63,862 nt of DNA, filler included, from Choristocarpus tenellus KU-1152 (GCA_964200185.2; 10 parts of 10 records of this genome joined end to end with filler, not necessarily neighbours in it), one strand, 5' to 3'. Positions 26,600-40,324 are shown, numbered from the whole stretch's first letter. Notes: generated by a model from the sequence alone, not told the origin. Numbers and translations are program-made.

Positions 26600-27660
26600 G
26601 CAACAGGCGGTCTTGGGCAGTGAGAAGGTCTAGGAGTGAATTGAACTCGAAGCCGGGCGTACGAACGATGTTTGAGTTTGAAGAGACCAGTCGAACCAAA
26701 ATGAAATCCGTGTTCTGGAAAACGCGTTTATTCTCACTGTGATGAAATAAAAACTAGATTATAATCTGGTCTCAGGCAACAGTCGGTCTTGGGCACGATA
26801 TAATTGAATTCGAAGCCGGGCGTATGAACGATGTTTGAGCCTCGGGCGATCCGTCGGACCACCCTGAGATCCATAATCCGGAAAATACGTGCATTATGGT
26901 TTTTAGAAATTAAAAATTCGATTATATTCGTAATTTCAATTTTTAAAAATACAAAGCACATACTTAATTGATCTTGTATGTTTCCAATGTTCCGAAACCA
27001 AAAGGTAAAAAAACTGACACCCTCTAATTGTTTTAAGTACAAAATCTTATCTATTGTTCGACATTTGTATTTAAAAAAAAAAATGTCGACAAAAGGCGGT
27101 TTTTGAGTTTCGGGTGATCCGTCGGACCACCCGAAACCCTTGAACCGCAAAACATGTGCATTAGGGTTCAGAGAATTTGTAAATCCGATTATATCTGTGC
27201 TTACAATTTTTTAAAATACAAAGCACATACTTTATTGGTCTTACCGTTTCCAATTTTCGAAACTAAAAGGTCACAAAAACTGGTGCCCTACAATTTTTAA
27301 AAAATACTAAATTCGTTTTTTGTTTACATTTGTAATTTATAAAATTACAAATCTCGACAAAAAGCGGTTTTTGAGTTTCGGGTGATCCATCAGACCACCC
27401 GAAACCCTTGAACCGCAAAACACGTGCGTTAGGGTTTTTATGAAATAAAAATAATATTCTATTTTTAATATCAACAAAGACAAATACAAACCACACATAC
27501 TTCGTTGATTTAATACGTTTGAAATGTTCCGAAACGAAAAGGTCACAAAAAACTGATAACTCCCTATCTGCTTTGAATATGAAATCATATACTGTTCGAT
27601 ATTCGTATTTTTTAGAACGCAATATCAACGGAAAGAGAAATCTGGGTTCTTCGGGCACCG
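26600..27660. repeat. Diverged tandem array with ~270-bp unit (about three units plus a partial), possibly a transposon subterminal region
   Basis: TTTGAGTTTCGGGTGATCCRTCRGACCACCCGAAACCCTTGAACCGCAAAA at ~27101 and ~27370, with a weaker copy at ~26834. AAATACAAAGCACATACTT also recurs. Confidence 0.8.
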
Positions 27661-28636
27661 ACCGACCAGATGAAATAAAGAGGCACCTCCCAGCCCTCAC
27701 TCCTCATTTCCATTCCTTCCCTTCCGTACATACCACCAACAGCTCTTTCTTATCTATCCCCGTCACACCCTCCCAATCTTCGCCATGTCCAACATTCGCT
27801 CAACAACGACCCCCCCTCGCGCAAATGGCGCTGCCCACGGATTGAGAACATTGGACAGCAATGCCAAGGGCATGACAAATAGAGGATACGGGAGTGTTAC
27901 TGTTCATAATGCTAGGGCATGTCCTCGCTCCTCGAACATCACTACCTCGGCATGTACGGAAATGGTGCGGCCCCTGAGCGAGTGTGGCCTTGCGCGTGTC
28001 AGTGTCAGTGTCTATCCGTGAAAAAGGCTGGCTCGAGCAGTTTGCTCCGTCCATCGTCATCCAACGAGACTGCTTAGGCAACGGGGACCAGCTCACCGCC
28101 GACACTGCNNNNNNNNNNNNNNNNNNNNNNNNNNNNNNNNNNNNNNNNNNNNTTAATTAATTAANNNNNNNNNNNNNNNNNNNNNNNNNNNNNNNNNNNN
28201 NNNNNNNNCAAAAAATGCGACATGAAAAAATTGACCCCAAATGGACATCCGCCACCCCCTCCCAGATACTTTGAGTCCAAACTGTTCCACGCCATGCACT
28301 CTGCAGCATTAAGGCTGCAGCAAAAAAAAATCGGGTAGTCCTGCGAACCCTGCCCCTCGCCCAAACGGGCTCTGCCTTGATACAGATACCAAGGCCACCT
28401 TGCCACTTACATGTTCCTATTGCCTGCATTGAAGATGCCAAATTATGCTCATTTTGGCGGACACTGTGCAGAGACAAGCAGTTTACACTCGTCTTAACCC
28501 TAACCCTAACCCAATGGTAGATAAACTACGAGTCAGCAACATAAGCACAACGTGCTCTATTGGAGGCAAAGTCCACGCTCTAGAGCAAGGTAGTGAGCAA
28601 AGGTGATTGGTGTATGGCTGACCGCACACGCCTTAC

Positions 28637-31600
28637 CTGGTGAGGTTAGGGAGGTTGAAGTAGAGCACCTCATCAAACACAGTGGCATTCACAGACGTGC
28701 GGACACGGGTGTGCTTGGTGATCCCAAGGCAGGTCACATACACTACAGGGTCACTTGTGCCTGAAGAGTCCTTTCCTTTGAGGTCAGTAGCCTCAATGAT
28801 GTGCACCTTTGGCATCGAATGAGCAAGGATGAACAATGAATTGAAACAGTATTGCAGAGGTGTGAAAATAATGAAGCAACAACCAGGGGCAGGTTGAAGT
28901 GATACTGCAAGGGTGTTGAAGAAGGAAAACATCAGCATCAACCCAAGGTACAGCAGTGAACGACTACATACTCCGATTATGCTCCTTAGGTGTGTCTCTT
29001 GGCGACCTGAGCTTTGCTGTAGACCGGAAGTGTTGTACTATTCACTTGTCGAAAGCTCGTCACTACTATCCAGTTCAAACTTCAAAACGAACTAGTCTTC
29101 AAGCTGGAAAAATGAGAAAGAGAAGTTACAGTTAAATGCCCTTGCCCACGTGAACAAGGGCATGTAGAGCTGCACCTCTCCCAACCGCCTAGTAGAGTAC
29201 AGTGCAGCAGATCCAAGAGGGCCCTATTGTCACAGTCGGCAACATGAATTACTCTTGACAGTACACATTTCTCAAAAGTAGGAAAAAAGAGTAGGTATCC
29301 TGGAGTACATGGGTCGTCAAAATTTCAGGGCACATATGATATCGATGTGAATACATGAAAAGATATATAGCACAAATCTAAGCCAAACTGTTTCTTCATT
29401 TAGGTAGGTTTTGCGGATCCTACGCAACTGGACATGCAGTACTAAATTGGTAGGGGGAAACTTCGTGTTACCAGAGCATTGGGTGTATGTTCTTGACCAC
29501 CCCAGGATCTGAAGGTTGCACTTCTTGAGCTGCAATGTCGGCACAAGGAAATGGTGCTTGATTGCACTGCAAGGTACTTAAATGTTAACGTTTTTGCAAT
29601 ACTGAACGTTGAAGATTCCATTTGCATCCTCAATGTTTAAGTATGTTTCTGGTACATAACAAGCGAGCTTGATCTACAAATATCCCCACCCCTTCCCCCC
29701 TCTCCCTTCCTACCCTCCCTCCCTCCGGCCATCCTCTCCCACCCTATGCAATGTACCCCTTGCCTGCATCTGGTAATCTCCTGGCTGAATGCCTTCGAGC
29801 CTCTCCTCGTATTCCTTTCTGGCTAACAAGGCCTTGTCCTCCCTGGCGCGTTCCTCCTCCTCCAACTCTACCCTCTCCTCCTTTGTTAGTGACCCGACCT
29901 AGGTTAGATTTCACAATGATGATGTGGGGGGGGGGGCTAAGATGTGATGCGATTACTTATTGTCTGGCCTAAATGCATGGTAATGCAAGGTAAAAAGGTT
30001 GTTTATTGAGGCGATAGATACAATAACTCCACGTGCTGAAGACTTCACCAGACAGACTATTCCACCAAGGACACCTGAGGATTGATTACCTATTCAACAC
30101 GCCAACCTGGCACATTGAACAAGGATACACGCTTCAGGTCAGGCTGAAAATATTCTGATCATGTATTCCATAATCGAGATCCCCCCTCTATTTTTCTTCC
30201 CCCATCGATAACTGTTAATAATTACTATTCAAAGGACAAAAAAAACTCAAGAAATACAGTTCTTTCAAGGCCTCATATGCAGTAAAGTGCTGGTGTGATG
30301 CCAGTGTTTGGTGGTGTCATTACAAAAACGACTACCATAGAGATATTGATCGTAGGTCCTGGACAACACCTCTAACTGACTGTGCAGCACTTAGCGGTTT
30401 CAGTACATTAATGCCGTTTCTCAATTCGGAAAAATGTTCCCTACCTCGGCAACCAGGTATATTTTGAGTATCACTGTCACCAGAGATATGAAGTACAAAT
30501 AAAATATCTTTGGGGTGCAGAAGCAATCTTGTTGTGCTTGCATAGTTGCAGTGGAGTAAGAGAAAAAATGAGTCGAGGATTCATCAAGTATGTTCCATTA
30601 AATGCTGTTACTTGAATTATGAAGGTATGAGATCACACTATTTGCAGGAATCCAGTTACAGGACACTGTGTAAGGGTCTTGCCAGACAGCTAGGTTCCCT
30701 GCCTAAAGAGAGAACTCCAACATCTCAATCGTGATTACCTTAGACACAGTTGTCCATACATATAGTTTGCATGCTGGAGGGTATTGTTGTCCAGACATAC
30801 TTTTGATAGTCAATTATATACTCACCTCAATGACTCTTCATTGCCAGAAATCTCTAGTGCGCCGGCCATCAACAGTCAGTGGTTGAGTTTATTTCACCAC
30901 AATACATTCAATTATTTTTTTGCATTCAAAGGAGACAAGGAAAATGTGTGGGGGATGATATCCGATAACCACAGAAGTGATACAGTCTGAAACAGCGACA
31001 CATGGCAATCCCTGTATATTTGATCCAGACAACTCCATGGTTCTATGAGTCAAACCCAAGGGTGAGTAGGACAAAACCAAGCAAAAGTTGTCTGCTTGAG
31101 TACTTTTGCCAGAGTTGTTGAGGACATCAGTGGGCAAACCAGCAAAATCCTACCTTACCTGATTGGCTTCCTTGTCACCATCATCCTCGTACTCAAACTC
31201 CTCCACAAGGGAAGCCAGTGCCATGCTCTCTCTCTCTCGTTTCTGGGAATCAGGGTACATAGGTTTTCCCCCAAGAAGTTCATGAATAGAAAGAAGCGCA
31301 AGGGTTAGGCTGGCAAGATGCAACACACTCTGGAGTACTACAGAGTGCACCATGGAACTGAAGCTGGAACTGTAGACATACTTCCTGCTGCATATATATA
31401 TATCATACTTGGCTATGTTTGAGGACGATTACCTGCCCAACACAATAATTGGTAGGGGTACACAAATCATGTACAAGATAGACCTATTGTGTAGGCAGCA
31501 AGCCAGTTGCCTTCATGTCTTCCCTCAGACCACGCTGGTGAGAGTTTCCTCCATACTCACCTCAATGTCACTCAAGTTAATGGGCTGTCCCCACCTCTTT

Positions 31601-34426
31601 CCTTGGTTCAGACCCAAAGTATCTGGGTGGGGGGGAAGTCTACACCATGGTGTCCATTTGGACCAAAATCAGGAAAAGTGCATTTACATTATCCATCCGA
31701 CATATGAAACCAAATCACCCAAAAATGGCAATATGAAAAAATTGACCCAAAATGGACAGCCACCCCCTCCCCTCCAGATACTTTGGGCCTTCAACACACT
31801 GATATAGTGGAACTGAATTTTCACATCACCTTGGCTCTAATGCCCAGGAAGGTAGTGGGTAGGGAGGAGCGCTTTCGGAAGGCCTTTTCATACCTCCACT
31901 GTGCAGTGACCACTATCTCACCCCTCCCGGCACCATCAAAGCACCAACTGTGTATGTAGTAGGCAAGGGTTGAATATCAAGATGGACAGGCATTTTGTCA
32001 CTCTTGCCTAAATAAGATTCGTTTCACCTCATTTGTGACAGCTGTCATGGAAAAACTTGGAAACACAAAGTATGATCCACCAATATGTAAGACATAAGAC
32101 CCCCTCGCCTCTTTAAATGTTCCTCATGAGCAGACATTTGGGATAAATGGGGTAGGGAGTGCATAGGAGAGTATGCAGTAAATGAGACAAGGGCTGGCAC
32201 ACTAAGCTTCCGATTGCTACCTTTATACATGCGTATCCTCTAGGCTTGAAAACACCCCTAGACCATACACAACTATACTCCCTGGTTCTGTGGCCTTGCA
32301 ACCCAGACAAATCTTACCACGTGTTGCTCAACCCCAAACATTGTACATCATGAATTTGAGAATAAACTCTCAGTGAAAAAATCATTTACATCCCAAACAG
32401 GCCTTGTATATCTCGCACCGATCATCCAAGAGTGGGAGCCACTGCAGAAAACTCTCCCCCGCCTGGGCAATTTCTACCATAGTGAGCCGTGTCTGCCCAA
32501 TTAACCTTGATGACATTGTACTGCTGTGCAGGATCTAAGCCCCCGAGGCCCAGGTCAGACAGGAGGAGGTTATGATGTGGTGGTCCGTGAGAAGCGAGGC
32601 AAAAGGTTGAAAGGGAGAGTTGAGTAGTGTGCAATATCTCTCTCAGGAAAGTAACTTTAGCAATGGAAAATTATTTACACTACCGCTAGGGTCAGAGAGT
32701 GAATGGCAGCAATATGATCGTGGGTAGGCTGAAAGCCTCTTTCAGAGCTCATCTGCATACCAAGTTTGTAGTAGGATTGTTCATGGGAGACTTAATATGG
32801 AGGATAGGGCAAAACTCTTTACAGTCGTTTTTTCCCACCCAAGGAGGTGGGCATGCGCTGTGCTTTCATCAATTAGTTGGATTCCACCAGCTCCTTCGCA
32901 ACTTAACACCACTAGAATATACCATTACATCACAGGTACACTATGGAGTTCCTACGCTTCATTATTGGATCAGTTGAAGTCACTGCAAGGAAGTACGAAC
33001 GGTATCAAAAAAAAAAAATACAGGAAGAGCATGCAAGGAAGGGGAGTGGGGCAGTACTAGAATAAGAAAAACATTAAGGACACTTCTAGTACCTTGTATC
33101 AAACAAGTGCTCCACCTCCACCCACTATAACGAGATCAGATCATTAGTACTTTGAAAATCATACACATGTTGCACACAATTGCACCATGGGAGAGTGTGT
33201 GTTGCACAAGGTCAATTACTTGCTGTATTGAATATTTTTGAGGTTGGATTATATAGTCCAGAGCATCTGTGGGACTTCTGTGGTTATCTGTCATTTCTAC
33301 CTTTTTGGACAGCAGCATTTAAACAACTCCAAAAATACAATGGCCAACTCCTTGCACATATGCATCTTCCCCTAACCTACAAGCAAATCTCTACCTCAAT
33401 GTAGATGAGTTCATCAGGGTCCGAGTTCTCCATTTGGACCTCGAAGTTCCACCTGGGATTATTCATTCGCCGCTGTACCTTCGACATCTTCACCTTTCCC
33501 GCACACTTGATAACCACCATAGAGTCACAAAGGCCCCTTGAGCCAGGAGGGCTAAGATTGCGGCCTGCTTCAACAACAAGGCTGACGACGTTTGGGGCCT
33601 GGAGTTCGGGAATCGTGTTGGGAAAGTAGTAGGGTGCTAAGTCTAAACCTTGAGATCTTCAATGCTTGAAAGTTTAAGAGAAGTAACCACGGTGACCTAC
33701 TGGCAGTTCAAGTCAACAGCACAGTCAACACGGGGGGTTTGTTGGCGTTCACAGTCGCTCCCTGTATTCCCTCGCGTCGTACACACACATATATCCCTAT
33801 AGAACTTTGAACGCATGCTTGGGCGAAGATATAAATGAGCCTTGCGAGCACCTTAGCGCTGCCATCATCGTCATTGTTGTCGTCAATAAGATCCAGCTCT
33901 TCGAGGCTGTCCACAAAATAGGTGACCTGCAAAGTGGCGGTATGTACAAGTCAGATGTTATAAGTGTTGGCATAAGCTCATCGCGGAAAAAAAGGACCAC
34001 TGGGCGTACAACCATTCCTTGTTGTGAGATCATTACTCTCTCTGCGTATCATCCACTTCCCTGTCTTTCGGTGGTTGACCACGCTTCGGTTTCGTATCTC
34101 ACCTTGACATGTATCTTCCCCTGAGGCACATCGTCCGCCTTCATACTAGGCCCTTTGCGAATGGTAAACCAATCTTGCGTAGATATCCCTGGTGCCTGGA
34201 GTGCTGTCGTTGTGTCGACGATCGCCATGCCTTGCACGCGATCGGAATGCCCTAGGAGGTCTTTATGCTGTATCACAAGAACCACGTGTTCCACCCTGTG
34301 AGATGCAATCTCACTAAACACAAATATCTCCTCTTCCCACACAGGGTTCACAGTGTTATGCTTGACTGTTGTACCACGCTTGTCTTGACCCACCTCCACT
34401 GAAACGTAGGGATTGGCCAGGCCACC
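28637..34426 (-). CDS. Multi-C2-domain ferlin-like protein, partial; supported exons ~34426-34103, 33926-33852, 33598-33395, 31947-31894, 31242-31159, 28806-28637; other exons unresolved
   Basis: Three C2 domains: GLANPYVSVEVGQDKRGTTVKHNTVNPVWEEE; APNVVSLVVEAGRNL...CDSMVVIKC...NNPRWNFE...GRGEIVVTAQWR; VHIIEATDLKGKDSSGTSDPVVYVTCLG...TVFDEVLYFN (ferlin-type). Exons are bounded by AG/GT. Confidence 0.75.
31611..31789. mobile_element. MITE family B, full copy (~180 bp), intronic
   Basis: GACCCAAAGTATCTGGG...CCTCCAGATACTTTGGGCC, with perfect 4-bp TSD TTCA/TTCA. Confidence 0.9.
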
Positions 34427-35599
34427 TGAGTTGTAGATCAAGAGGGAGGAGGCATATCATCAGGTTGGCAAGCAGGGACGCTTGTCAGCATCCATAGTTC
34501 TCACCACGATCGCTCTAGATAATATTTCGGTACCAGCTGGAATAATGCACGATGAATTATGACATTCTTGCAGAGGTCTACTTGATTGCAAGGACACCAT
34601 GGAAAAGGGGTTGTACCCTCATTCGTCCTTCTCTCCGCAACACTTACCCTCAATGGGGAGAAGGTCCTGTGCTTCGAGGACCATGACCTCCAGTCGATCC
34701 CGGTATTGCGAAGCCATACCTCATCAACAGGCCGAGGATCTCAATGTTGATGTTCAAGTTAAGAGGAAGTCGTGAAATGATACACATCAAATGTTGATAA
34801 CGAAACGAGTATTTGTGTGTTGGGATATGCAATTATATTTCAACTTCAGAAACGGATCAAATTTGGAGGATTCGTGTAATTGATGTTTGTGAGAAATAAA
34901 AAGAAAACGCCAGTATTTCTTTTTGTCTCTATGTTTGATGTTATTAGTACAAAATATTCACATAAACAACGATCAGTTATAGAGGCTTTGTTGTACTTAC
35001 AGTTGGTGTACCTATATAAGAGATGGTAGGGGCAGGCAAAAATCCTCTCTTATCGTATATAAGAGCGCTTTTCTCTTAAACCGAGGGATCGTGATAAGAG
35101 GAACCTATTCTATATCAAGTAAAAGTGTTCATAGGCACTTATTCTTGTCCCCGAACGACCACAGAGCGACAGCCTTGCTGTATGTGCTTCCCATGTGCCT
35201 TCAAAAGCAGATACATGGGGATATGTATTGAACATTGCCCTCGGCGAGCCCATTTCGATGGAGCTGTGGTGGTGCAGCAAGCACCACATCTACACCACCC
35301 ATCCATAAGTATACCAGTATACTTATGTATACTGTACTGTATCTTGTGTAAAATTACACTCATTGCAATGTATTCACTCATATGTATAGTACAATTTTCC
35401 AAGAAAAGCATCTGAAAGCTGTTGGGTGGATGGGCAGACAACTCGCATTTCAAATCAAATCAACGTTCAAAGATCTCCAATGCCCTGCCCCATGTATTCA
35501 ATTGCACTCTACAAGGATATTATATAGTACAGTATCAAGAACACCACCGTGGATCAAATGTAGCTGCACCGCCATGCACCTCCCATCGCATGCACTGAG

Positions 35600-36500
35600 T
35601 TAAAACAACTTATTCGCAGATAAAAAAAATCTCGATTGCCAAAAAAATCTCGAATGTCGGCTTGTTTGATTGCCCTTGCCCCAATTGTGCTGAGCCAAGC
35701 CAGCTTTGCTTTCCAGAGATGATACGAAACATCGTTCATGCTGCACTCTGTGACGGTTGTTTCTAAGCTTGCAAACTCGTCAGCTACTTGAGAGTATGAC
35801 AGTGGAGGAATCAAGAACACCAAAGGGGCTACTCCTTTCCTCACAGCCCCCAATGTGCTGCCCCCTCCCATAAACCCATCGTCATCCTCGTCATCCGAGC
35901 TTCATTGTTTGACTGGTACAAGAATTTCTCGAGTAGCTGGTCTTTCATGTCTTCTAGTATCGCATTGGCCACTTCATCGTTGCCTTTCACACCGATCCAC
36001 GCTCTTGTTGCTGTGTTGATGAAAGCCTGAGACGGTTTTCTGCCAGGTTTGAGGTGCAGAGGGCCAAGAGCATTAGAGAGATCCCCATTCATATAGGGAC
36101 ACCTTGTTGGACGTACCTCTACGAGCAAAATGGACTCTCATGATACTACAGTACACAATATAGACATTACAGTACAACAGAAATGCGCGCAAAATTTCAA
36201 AAAATTCAATCATGATCCTCATCAGTAGAGAGTGCAGANNNNNNNNNNAATCACGATCACAATCAACCTAATTTCAGACTTTCAATCCACATGCCGACGC
36301 ACCTCAACATGTTTGGCACCCCTCATAGACTTGGGATCAGGCTTCAGTATCTGTGCTTTCTCCATAATGGTTGTTGCCTTGTTCAAATTGTAGAGGGTGC
36401 TGTGATCGATTCCAAACTTTTGAGCAACCGCAGTTCCCATCATGGTCTTCAGGAGTCTCAACGCTTCCACCTTCTCTCTGCAAGCTCAAATGTTTAATAT
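35600..36500 (-). pseudogene. Internally deleted pogo/Tigger-like transposase relic
   Basis: CENP-B/psq-like HTH (REKVEALRLLKTMMGTAVAQKFGIDHSTLYNL) and a C-terminal PIP-box-like KQADIRDFF. The DDE core is absent; a 10-N gap lies at 36239-36248. Confidence 0.7.
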
Positions 36501-36569
36501 TGTCGGCACTGCAAGGCTTGTAGGGAGAGACTTTCTCCGTTGATATATTTAGCAGAATCTTCCCCTTGC

Positions 36570-36748
36570 AGCTCAAAGTATCTGGGGGGGGTGGCGGCTG
36601 TCCATTTGGGGTCAATTTTTTCATGTCGCGATTTTTGTGTGATTTAATTGCATATATTGGATGGATAATTGTAAGGGCACTTTTCCTGATTTTGGGCCAA
36701 ATGGACACCCTGGTGTAGACCCACTCCCCCCCCCAGATACTTTGGATC
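36570..36748. mobile_element. MITE family B, full copy
   Basis: AGCTCAAAGTATCTGGGG...CCCCAGATACTTTGGATC, with 3-bp direct repeat TGC/TGC. Confidence 0.9.
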
Positions 36749-38115
36749 TGCCCTTGTTCCTGTTATCGTGGCGCTTTGACACCGTGGTGTCACCATCTGG
36801 AGGACTCAAAGTCTTGCACTTGGTGGGGCTCAGGCACATTTATTTTTTTCCATGCGCGTCTCATTTCGCCGGAGTCAAAATGGATCCACAACGCCGCAAA
36901 TGCCATGAAGATAGCCACTACAAACGCGACACTCTTGGCATGTATAGTGTTGGCTGACCAGGAGTATTGTTGCAGGCGATATGTCTTGATGGCGGTTTCA
37001 TAAACACCATTATGACATTGAAGTTCTAGATTTGATATATTTGTACTACTTGATTATTTATTATTTGGTCATTATGGTCCCCGATTGTGATAAGACATCG
37101 TGGATCAGTTCCTTTTTATATGATGATATTGATGTTAATTCAAGTGAGAGATCCAGCATACCTGACGACTTGTGCATCAGGAGTCCTATACGTACATCNN
37201 NNNNNNNNNNNNNNNNNNNNNNNNNNNNNNNNNNNNNNNNNNTTAATTAATTAANNNNNNNNNNNNNNNNNNNNNNNNNNNNNNNNNNNNNNNNNNNNGT
37301 CGGGGGGGGGGGGGTGCGGGGGGGGGGGGGGGCGTGAGGTGGGGGGGGGGGGAGGCGGGCGGGGGGGGGGGGGGGGTTTGCGGGTCTACACCAGGGTGTC
37401 CATTTGGGCCAAAATCGGGAGAAGTGCATTTACATTGGCCCAAATGGCCATCCAACGTATGCAACCAAATAACCTGAAAAATCGTGATATGAAAAATTTG
37501 TCCCCAAATGGACAGCCGCCACCCCCCCCCCCCCCCCGGATTTTGAACCGGGGCGGAAATGAGCGAGGGGTGCCAGCGCGGTCCCNNNNNNNNNGCAAAT
37601 GGACAGCCGCCACCCCCCCCCCCCAGATACTTTGAGCCTAGTAGGAAGAGAGACAGGGTTGCCAACTGTGCTCCTCTTGAGGAAATACGTAGAGGCAGTA
37701 GAGAGTACTATTTTGTGGGAAACAGAGCTGATCGGACTCTTGAAGAAACCGTTTACGTCTGGGTTAGGGTTAGGGATATCTATCTCCTGTTGTTGTTTTT
37801 TTCATTTCCGTGGGATAGAAACAAACAGGGGTCGGTGGAAGAGCCTTAGACAAAGCCAAACAGTTTTTTTTTCAGGAAGATACCTCTGCAGGGGGTGCCA
37901 GGAGGTGACCTTCTGAGCCCATGGGAAGGAGGTATTCAACTATAGAGTAGGAAAAGAAACAGCACTGATATATGTAAGCATTTCTATTTATTTTTTATCA
38001 ACTGTGATTCCCCCCCGGATCAAGTAGTTTCAAGATTTAGGTGAAGAAGTAGGTCGCATAACCTTCTGCTCACACCTGCTTCCCCATCATGATTCCTCGC
38101 GTAACCTTCTGCTAG

Positions 38116-38685
38116 GCGACGGTGGGCTTCATTAAGTTCAATATCGGAGATGTCAACAAGCTTTCCGGAGTAGATCCGGAGGGGGAGCTGTGCAAGGTGG
38201 CTGAGGTGGTGAAAGTTGCATTTCAGGAGATCCTGGCGTCAGGCGGGTATGTAAACAAGGTGCGCTGTCCCATCAATGAAGAGCTTCATCTTCAATATCA
38301 TTGCCTCTAAGGGGTTTTTTCCTTATACTGGTTCCATTATTATGACATGTATTTGTAGTTGTAGTGGCTGTAGATGACTATTATGACATGTAGTTGTAGT
38401 AGTTGTAGTGGCTTTAGATGACTATTATGACATGTATTTGTAGTTGTAGTGGCTGTAGGTGACTATTATGACATGTATTTGTAGTTGTAGTAGTTGTAGT
38501 GGCTGTAGATGCGGTGAAGAGCTGAGCATAGAAGTTACTATCCCTGAGATTATAATGGGCTTCTAGTAACAACGCCTTATTCAATGCAAGATACCATGGC
38601 GCTGTGTTGTATGTTATACCTGTCCTCTCAGTGTTTCCGTGTTATACCACCTCTCCGCATGTTCCAAGCGTCAAGTTTTTTTCGT

Positions 38686-38726
<41 letters not shown>

Positions 38727-38865
38727 CTTTTGCTTTTTTCGGTTTTTTTTTTTTCTTTTATTGGGGGTGTTGGTTTTTGGAAATAAATTAAANNNNNNNN
38801 NNTTGTTTTGTGCCGTCCCCCCGTCCTTCTCTTTTTTTCTTTTCCTCCCCGCCTCTCGTTTGTTT

Positions 38866-38912
<47 letters not shown>

Positions 38913-40234
38913 CCAAGGACTGAAACAGAGGCTAGAGCAGAGATTTGATCGTTCATCAAGGGGTGGAGATGGTAGTAGAAATGAAATGAAAGGTTTGTGT
39001 TTTCACATTGAGCTGATGGGATGCCCTTGCACCAACTTTTCTGAACCTTCAATCCTCGGTGTACTCCTATAGGGGTAGGGGATGAGTCCTTTTCGGGAGG
39101 GTTGGGCAGATGGTAGGGATACAAGACGCACCTTGAGAAGGATCACCTTGACTTGACTCTGTCCCAGACAATCTCCCCGTACAAACCTCGACTGCCCACT
39201 TAAGTTATCGTGCCTTTGCTGCCTTGGCCTGTCCAGGTGATCATGGACGAGAAGGGTCTTGTATTGATCTTTGCATTTGGAACCCCAGGCTGCTCTTATG
39301 AATACAACAACCTCCATGCCATCCGGGTAGCCATGACCATATTAACAACTTCTAAGAGTGAGCATAAGCGCTGCGTTGGCATAGGGATTGCCAGCGGGGC
39401 TATGTGTACCGGACTGATTGGAAAAGCTGACTTCAGGTGGGAATTATGAAGAGAGAGTAGATAATATGTTGGGCATTATGTTTCTAAGGTCATATCCCCC
39501 TGCACCAAATAATATCCCCACTACTCCTCTCCACTCTGTCCGCAAGACCAAAAATAATCGGACCGGAACCTAATCTCAAACAAAAAGGGCGATCAGGGTC
39601 ACTGATTGGCCAGTACTGAAATGGGCAACTCTCAGAAAGGTCATGGGCATACTTAGTGGAGTGAAAGTATCTTAGAGGGTACGAGTTTTGCCCTGTTTGT
39701 CCATTTTGTTTGGGGCTTGCCTTCCCATGGTGTATTTTTATGACATTTTCCTACTCCGAAATGTTTCGGAGTAGGTTAAATGGATACGTCATGAAAAGGT
39801 GTGTCCGGAACAAGGATATTGACACTTCCTCACAAAAACCATAGCCAAAATTACATCAAAATCGCAACATTGGATTTTGGCCTCCAAATGGACGAGGCCC
39901 TACTATCTAAGATACTTTGGCCCAGTAGAAAGAAAAACAATCCTCTGTTTTGACCAATTGAAATGCGTCTTTTTAGTTTGCACAATGACCCAGTGAGAGA
40001 TTCATTTGCCACATAACCTCCCCGACCCTGTCAATCTTGGCCTGACTCAGTACCCCTTCCATGTCTTCGTTATAATAATAAAAAAAACTGTTGTGTTTAT
40101 CACTGGAAAGGTCTGAGTATGCATTAGCAGGAGACGTGGTTAATCTTGCTGCAAGGCTTGCTGCTAGTGCTGACAAAACAAAAGGAGGGGTGCTCTGTGA
40201 TGAGGGTACCGTGCAGCCTCTCATGAACAGCAAT
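38116..40234 (+). CDS. Class III nucleotidyl cyclase, soluble adenylyl cyclase (ADCY10)-like second catalytic domain, partial; exons 38116-38259, 39237-39436, 40111-40234
   Basis: The spliced frame reads GGYVNK|VIMDEKGLVLIFAFGTP...GIGIASGAMCTGLIGKADFR|SEYALAGDVVNLAARLAA...GGVLCDEGT. Intron phases 0 and 2 are consistent. Confidence 0.88.
38336..38510. repeat. Intronic minisatellite, ~40-46 bp unit, four copies
   Basis: ATTATGACATGTATTTGTAGTTGTAGTGGCTGTAGATGACT repeated. Confidence 0.9.
39659..39923 (-). mobile_element. MITE family A, full copy, in a cyclase intron
   Basis: GAGTGAAAGTATCTTAGAGGGTACGAG...TCTAAGATACTTTGGCCC, flanks AGTG/AGTA. Confidence 0.9.
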
Positions 40235-40279
40235 GTGAGTTGGAATGCACTAGAGCTCTCTGTCAAGTCTTATTGGAAC

Positions 40280-40324
40280 TGGTGCAGGATTGGTGCAGGA
40301 TTGGTGCAGGATTGGTGCAGGATT
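40280..40324. repeat. 11-bp tandem repeat, four copies
   Basis: (TGGTGCAGGAT)4. Confidence 0.9.

Noticed and set aside
26734-27845. Several 80-145 aa ORFs sharing RFKGFGWSDGSPETQKP
   Set aside because: They are a by-product of the AT-rich ~270-bp tandem array, with no coding signature.
28498-28513. (CCCTAA)n motif, also at ~37761
   Set aside because: Only 2-3 internal units, which is not evidence of a telomere.
38584-39124. Poly-Phe and poly-Lys ORFs
   Set aside because: These are translations of poly-T tracts around a 10-N gap in an intron, i.e. low-quality sequence.
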